Positions 56,396 to 64,000 of a DNA stretch of 64,000 nt are shown piece after piece. Made by a program: the position numbers and the translations under genes. Under the pieces are notes generated by a model that was not told the origin of the DNA, made no database searches, and saw only the letters and a program-made list of their open reading frames with translations. The stretch spans positions 313,534,001-313,598,000 of the forward strand of contig OZ024741.1 in assembly GCA_964016885.1 (NCBI GenBank), given 5' to 3'. Each line of letters starts with the position of its first letter. Position 1 is the stretch's first letter. This DNA comes from Eledone cirrhosa. Taxonomy: Eukaryota.

Positions 56396-57530
56396 GGAAT
56401 CGCTTGTGAGGACAATGCAAGCTACGTACATGGGTGCTGTAAGTAAAGTGATAATAGAAATGGAGTTTGTGAGGAATTCCATATAAAAGTAGGTGTACAT
56501 CAAGTTCGCTCCTCAGCCCAATCTTGTTCATTATAGTCCTCCAAGCCATAACAGAGGAGTTTAAGACTGGTGCCCATGGAATCATCTCTATGCTGATGAT
56601 CTGGTTCTTATAGCAGATTCAGTAGAGGAGCTAGATAATAAATTATGTCTATGGAAACAGCAGTTGGAATCAAGAAGCCTGAGACTGAACATAGCTAAAC
56701 AAAAGCGTTGATAAGTAGAATAGAGGACAATGCTCTGATTCCATCGGGGAATTGGCCATGATAGATATATAGGAATGGAACTGACATGAATTCCATGAAA
56801 TCTACGCAATGCTGATCTTGGAGACACAAGATATGTAGTGGGATAGCCGGCAAACTAACAGGTAGGGAAAACTACGTATGCAATAGAGGTACAGGGAAAG
56901 TTGGCAGTAGTAATCGCTGCGATAGACTCATTTTTCAAATGCAGGTGGGTTCTATAGAAGAGGTTGTTAGCTTCCGGTACCTAGGTGATGATATAAGCAT
57001 GGGAGGAGGGTTTTTCGCGTCCATAGTATCTAGAATAAGAACGGGTTGAAAGAAGTTTATGGAGCTACTTCCTCTGTTGACAAAAAAGTCTTTCTCCCTG
57101 CGTAGAAAATGAAGGTTATATGATACGAGGATGCTGCATGGTAGTTAGAAATGGACACAACTGCTGGAGATTTGCGACGGCTGGAGAAAAATGAAGCAGG
57201 TATGCACAGTTGGAGGGGCTATTTTAATGTGCGTCAACGACAAAGCATAGACTAGCTGAGTATAAGAGGGATAAGTTGTGGTGTGCAGGAGAGAAGGCTG
57301 AGATGATATGTACATATGATGTGCATGGAGGATGAGCGCTGGGTGAAGAAGTGCCAGGAAGTCCAAGTGGAGGGAAGACGCAGTGGAGGTAGACCACAAA
57401 AAACATGGCCGGAGCTGGTTAAACTCACCGAGGAGATGACAAAGGACCGTGACAAGTGGGGAGATGCTGTGCGGAATAGGACCCGTCCAACCATTGCAAG
57501 CAGGGAAAAGGGGGCGGAAAATGATAGTAA
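56396..57530 (+). mobile_element. 5'-truncated decayed RTE-like LINE
   Basis: Copy of 33435-34570. Confidence 0.8.
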
Positions 57531-58743
57531 ATAAAAATGAATGTGAAGAAAGTACAAATTGCTAAATATACTTTTCATTTAACAAAATGCTTTAACTGAA
57601 CAGTTTTAATAGTAAACAACATGCTAATACACCATCACTTGATACGCGGTAAATTTAAAAACCTAAATATTCCTTATCCAATGTGTATCATTATTACGTG
57701 GCGATATCATTTTACTCTCGATCTGTTTTGTTTCGTGGGAAAATTACCGGAGATTTTCCGATTGTTTAGATAATTCAATGAATCAGTATACCATTCATAT
57801 TATAACTATGATATTCATTATAATATTATAGATATATATGTGTGTATGTATGTATGTATGTATGTATGTATGTATGTATGTATGTATGTATGTATGTATG
57901 TATGTATGTATGTATGTATGTATGTATGTATGTATGTATGTATGTATGTATGCATGTTCCGCTGGTTTTATAATTTCACAAAGTTTTATCAATAGAGAGA
58001 GAGTCGGTTTCTAACATAAACACAAGACTCTCTCATTGGAATTAACACAACACCAACTAGGAAGATATATATGTATGCATGCATGTGTAGATATGGATGT
58101 TATTGTATGTGTGAATGTGTATATGCTTTGTATCTGTACATGTGCATATGTAGTTATTAGAGGCAAAATTGTTGGAATGTTTTATATATTTTTACTGTTC
58201 CATTAATGGATTCTACTTGTAGTTTCCTAACTAGTTGTTTATGTATGTATGTATGCATGTATGTATGTATCATATATGTATGTGTGTGTGTATGTGTAAA
58301 TGTATGCATTTATATATATACAGTATATAATATATATATATTTCGTTTCTGAATTTGTTTAGCAAGATACTTTATCTGAAAACGTGTGTTGAATCCGATA
58401 TTGTTATGCTTTCGTAGGGTCATGTTGCCAATAAGAAACACCAGTAAATTGAAGTGAAACTTCTGGTGCGTTTGTTTCTTATTGGCAACATGACCCTCCC
58501 AAAGCATAACAATATATATATATATATATATGCGTGTGTGCTTGTGTGTATGTGTGTGTCTGGTTTATTTACATGTAAGAATGACGCAAACACATATCGT
58601 AGTAACTGGTAGAATATGATAATATTTGGAACGCTTATATATCATTTTTTTCTTATAATACTGCTTGTTTCTTCAATAATGTTTTTAACATTGCATTTAA
58701 CTGAACTAAAAATCCATGTATGTTTTATAAAGAATCGTTATAA

Positions 58744-59377
58744 TCTCTATATATAAAACTGAGGATGTCTGTCTGTGTGTGTGTCTGTGAGATTGAATCA
58801 ATAAAACTCGAGAAGTACCGAACCGATTTTTTTACATGAGTTTTACTTATGTTTCAGGGAATGTTATGTACATAAAAAACAACTTTGTTGTTCCCCTAGG
58901 ACCCGCATTAGGTGAAAAAGTGCATTTTATTTCAGATTTTAGGGGTATTTTGAGGCGTTAAGTTAGACCAATTTTCTTGAAATTGTAACTATGTATAAGT
59001 CGGTCTCTTCTACATACCGGAAGCAAAGAAAATCCAATTTTTGTATTGCCTGGGGTCCGCATTAGGTGAGAAATTCATTTTTTCATCCTTTTAGGGCTCT
59101 TTTTAGGCGTTACGTCTCGCCGAATTTCTCGAAACTTCAAGGCATATTATGCACATGAGAACAATTCATTTTCTTGATCCCCTAGGGTCCACATTAGGTT
59201 AAAACCTGCATTTTTCCTGCTTCATCGAGGAAAATCTTAAAGATTATCCAGCCATCAGAGTATTCGGTTTATTTTCTTTACATATTGTCCAGGCATGCAG
59301 TTTTTCCAGGATCAAGGCTTTTGGCGACACGCTTTCCAAAATAACTTATCCCGTGCAACGCCGGGTACCACTGCTAT
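58744..59377 (+). mobile_element. Non-autonomous Helitron-like copy
   Basis: Copy of 12817. Confidence 0.75.
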
Positions 59378-59513
59378 TATTCAATAAATATGCAGGTTCA
59401 TTTCTTTATCACAAGAGAACTTTAATCGTAAAATTTTGTATAAAATTGTATCATTGATATCTGTATGTAATTAATGATATATGCAACATTATCACATATA
59501 GTGATATTTTTAG

Positions 59514-59645
59514 AATGCCGAGCAGGAACGTTTGGTGCTTGTAATGGGACATGCCATTGTATCAACAGTATAAATTGTGACAAGTGAAATGGAACATGTT
59601 CAGAGGAATGTTCTGCAGGTTATACTGTTATCAATTGCCAAGAAT
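59514..59645 (+). pseudogene. Dead EGF exon, type F copy 3
   Basis: Same 3-bp deletion, TGA stop and lost donor. Confidence 0.85.
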
Positions 59646-59729
59646 ATATCTCATAAAATTGTTACGTACTTACTACACACACGCACAACCACATACCCCC
59701 ACCCACCCCCACACATATACATATATACA

Positions 59730-59773
<44 letters not shown>

Positions 59774-59783
59774 TATATAGTTA

Positions 59784-62205
59784 TACTTGAGGCAGGTCAT
59801 ATTGTTGTGATAATTTTGCCAGAAATAATAACAGAACACACTCACTGTTTGGTTGGTTTTCGCTTTCGTATGTTTTATATCTCCATAGTTAATTTATTTG
59901 GCAATCAATGTTTATCATTGATTGACCAACGGTCAAAAATACAGATATAAATATTTATATATAGTTTAAAAAAGTTCTTTCGTTGCACATCTGCAACATC
60001 ATCAGTGGTACTAATATGTAACCCTCCTATTGTATTAAATGTCTACGCCATTTATATTTTATCTGTTTATTTATTTATTTTTTTTAATATTGACTTCGTC
60101 CATGCGCATGCGTTTGCGTGTGTGTATATTGTTTGGTGTGTGAGTTCGCGTTTGGGTGACTGTGTTTTGGTTATTGTATTCTATCTTAGTTTATTAGTGT
60201 GTCTTTATATGTGTTTCTTCTTATTGAGCTTGTGTATATATTCATTTATGTATTTATTTATTTATTTATATTTCTCTTATGTCAGTATTCTTTGTTTGGG
60301 TGTTGGTATTCCATTCATTTTTTGTTTAGCTTTGTCTTTTTAAACTGTGTTTCGCTTGCGTCTTTGATGTGCCTACTTGCTGGCTCATTTCTATATGTAG
60401 ATAATATTTTAATTTCTATGTCTTACCGTCATGTTGTTGTCTGGAGTATTCGTATTGTACTGAACGTTTATTTTGTTCTCTTAATTCCCCCCAAATTTGG
60501 TCTATATATTCTCCTATGCATCGAGCTCTCGCGCCTATGTATGGTGTTGTCATATTTCTGCAAGTAGCCTCTGTACATCTTATGCTATAAACTACATTTC
60601 TAGTTTTACAGTTTATCTGGGGGTTTACTTTACATATAGCACATTTCTTATTAGTACAGTAGCTTTTCTTAAAAGGGTCTGTTTTGATCATCCGGGATTG
60701 AATGGCAGTTCCTGATTTTACTAACCCTTTCATCTTTAAGTAGGTCATTCTCAGGGCCTTTTTGCATCGGGTAGCTAATTTCCCTCCAGGGGTAGCGTCC
60801 ACGAGCATGACACTTTGGTATCTCTGGTTGTGGTACCATGAGGTGGTTTTACCTATTTTATGTTTAGTCCTATCTAAGATATTCCATGATTTGCTCCTGT
60901 ATAATGGGCAAATTCCTTTCATCTCCAGTTCTATGAGGGTCTTATACATCTCAGTGGTTCCTTTGTATGCTCTGATTCTATCTCTTTTGTTGTAGCCAGA
61001 GAAATGCATGTGCTTTATGAAGTGTTGGATGTGTCTTTCCATTTCTGTTGGGTCGCACATGCGGGACACGTTCTTCATCACTCGTACCAAGTCAGCGATT
61101 AGAATATTAAACTTAGCACTACTGTACATCGCTGAGGTTTTGTATAACGGGTATTTGGAGGCCATGGGTTTAGCGTAGTATGAGTGGGGATTTTGGGCCT
61201 TCACGTATATAGTGTTAATCCAGAGTTCCGTATCTAATACAGGTAGTCTATTATTAGGGTGATTGGAAGGGTATTCAATAGTTACAGTTATACTCTGGTG
61301 TATGGTGTTAGCTATCTGCTGGATTCTTTATTCTAATATATATTCGTTAGTACTCTCTCGTGGCGGTGTACTTATTACTATATTAATATTGTCTACGTAA
61401 CGAGAGTACATGGACCTCTCTTGAAGGAGGTTTTGAGTCTCATTTCCCAGCAAACCATTAAAAGGTTGGCAACATCACCAACTATGTTGATCTAAATGTT
61501 TGCTGCCTCATTTTGGGTGTAGATCTTTACGTTGAATAGGGTAGTTTTAATACTTGCCCCATTGCATGCGCGACAACTTTTCTTACCTGATCATTGTTTT
61601 TGGGTGTTGGTATGGCTTTAGTCCACCAAATTCACCCTCCCATGGAAGTCTTTTTTGCCATTGAGATTATGGTGGGTGGTCTACTTCTTATGGGTCTACT
61701 AGGGCAGAAACGGCTAAGAACACGGCTGTCTAGGTACTTGGTGTCATAGGTAAGTCTAAGTAGGAGACCCAGTTCATCTGTGTCTACGTCGCAGACCACA
61801 AACTCACTCTCACTGATTATCTCCACACAAGTTTCCACAGCAAAATCAATGTTAATGGATGGTTATAGAGATACAACGTCCATACTGCGTATTATGCAGT
61901 TAGATAGGTTTTTGTTTTTGTTGCACTCATTGATTCTGGGGATATCTTGATTAAGGAGCGTATAACCACTGAGAGGAACTAGGAGATCCTTTAGTTGCTA
62001 GCGATATTGGCTACGCATACAAGTCTTGTTGGTGGATCTGTCACCGGGTCGTCGAGTATCTTATGGTCTTTGAAGAGCACATATAGGGGTGGTATGTCAT
62101 TGTTAGACGCGTGTATGTTCATAGCAGTGGGTCTGCTTGGCTTTAGGATGTCGGTCCTCATCATCATGTTAGCGTTGACGATCTCCTCTCACCCATCATG
62201 TGTTT
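59784..62205 (-). mobile_element. Penelope-like family 2 copy
   Basis: ORF 60416-61204. Confidence 0.85.
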
Positions 62206-63140
62206 GTTGTGTAATTTCGCCTGGAGATATATTTGTCTGTATGTGTGTCTGTGTGTGTGTGCGCGCACGTGTGCGTGTGTGTGTGTGCGTGTGTGTGTGC
62301 GTGTGTGTGTGTGTTTATTTCAAAGTAAAAATGTCGTAAATTCATATCGTAGTAACTGATAAAATATGGTGTAAATTTGAAGGATTATATTTGTTTTTTC
62401 TTATGATGTTGTTTGTTTCCTTCATTATGTTATATATATATATAATATATATATTATATGTATAGATATGTATATATGTATGTATGCATATATGTGTGTC
62501 TGTATGTGTGTATGTATGCATTTATATATATATATTTATATATACACATATATATACAGTATATATTATATATATGTAAAAGTTATTCAGAAATAACAAG
62601 ACAATCGCTACAGTATATGGAAGGGATATATTAGGTTAACGTTTGATATAGCACGAATAGGGTCTCAGCATTTTGGACACTAGTCCTTAATTAGAAGAAA
62701 GAATGTGAAAAAAATAGATTGAGGGGAGGGTTGCGTTAGAATTGGAAAACATATCCTGAGATAAAAATAACAGATTCATTTATGTTGACATCTCTTGCAG
62801 TGTGTGTGTGTGTATGTATGTGCGTGTGTGTTTATTTAAATGTAAGAATGTCGCAATTACATATCGTAGTAACTGGTAGTATATGGTAAGATTTGGAAGG
62901 ATTATATATGTTTTTTTTTTCTTATAATATTGTTTGTTTCTTTCATAATATTTTTTAACCTTGCTTTTGACTGAAATAAAAATCCATGTATATTTTTTAG
63001 AGGATCGATATAATATTCAATAAATATCTAAGTTCATTTGTTTATCACAAGAAATATATAATCTGAAACTTTCGTATGAAATTGTATCATTGATATCTGT
63101 ATGTAATTAATGATATCATCATATATATTGATAGTTTTAG

Positions 63141-63275
63141 AATGCCCAGTGGGAACGTTTGGTGTTGATTGTAAAGGGACTTGCCATTGTATCAACAATA
63201 ATAACTGTGACAAGCGAAATGGAACATGTTCAGATGGATGTTCTGAAGGTTATATTGGTGTCAATTGCCAAGAAG
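63141..63275 (+). CDS. EGF-like exon, type G copy 3
   Basis: AG/GT flanked, 135 bp; matches G copy 2. Confidence 0.85.
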
Positions 63276-64000
63276 GTATATCATAAAATTGTTACATGCA
63301 TACTATGCACACACACACACACACACGCACACACAGATATCTATTCATATATATTTATTTATACATAAAAATTATATATATACCGTATATGCCGGTGTAA
63401 AAGTTGATCCGCCGAGTATGTCGATTAGTGTATGATTAGTGTACACACACACACATACAGACACACATATATATATATATATATAAACACATACACACAC
63501 ACATTTATATATATATGTATATATACATTTATATATATCCCGTATATGCCGGTTTAACAGTCCACCCATCAAAGTTGTGGTGTAATTCAGGTTGAGGCCT
63601 ATATACGCCGGTTAGACGACACTCCCGGTATAAGGCATTACCATCTCCCCAGCCGTAGATATGCTTGCCGTTGTTTATTTGCACAAAATATAAAATATGG
63701 ATATAAAAACTAAATAGTTGTAAAATTAAAATGCATCTGAGGAAAGTACAACTTGTAAAATTTATTTTTCATTTAACAAAAAGATTTAACTGAACTGTTT
63801 TATTAGTAAACAACATGCTGCCACACCTTCACTTCATATGCCGTTTAGCACAAGACCACTTTAATCTTGAAATTTAATATAAAATTGTATATATATATAC
63901 ATATATATATACACAAATACATTTATATATGTAGCGTATATGCCGGTGTAAAAGTTGATCCGCTGCATATCTCGAGCCATCAAATGTTGTGGTATAAATC

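Overview
AT-rich, microsatellite-laden eukaryotic DNA, probably cephalopod/octopus (inferred from the repeat content, including a Ceph-domain-like SINE core; not proven). The whole window is the interior of one + strand gene region built from a tandem array of 135-bp, phase 1-1 exons. Each exon encodes one 45-aa, 8-Cys laminin-type EGF-like module of the MEGF10/Draper/SCARF type. I find 20 exon-derived units of 7 types (A-G): 12 intact (AG...GT, open frame), 2 with an open frame but a dead donor, 3 with a stop plus dead donor, and 3 half-exons. There are also 3 'ghost' slots where the exon has been deleted. The order is A-C-D-E-F-G / A-B-C-D-E-F-G / A-B-C-D-E-F-G, a ~19-23 kb higher-order repeat present about 3 times. 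Each unit itself contains an older A-B-C ~ E-F-G duplication. The introns carry co-duplicated decayed mobile elements: an RTE-type LINE fragment, two Penelope-like families (one with a hammerhead-ribozyme core), a non-autonomous Helitron, a 119-bp palindrome/MITE, a SINE fragment and a Tc2/pogo-like end. No start, signal peptide, transmembrane or terminal exon is visible, so the host gene cannot be named. Exon coordinates were counted exactly; mobile-element boundaries are approximate.
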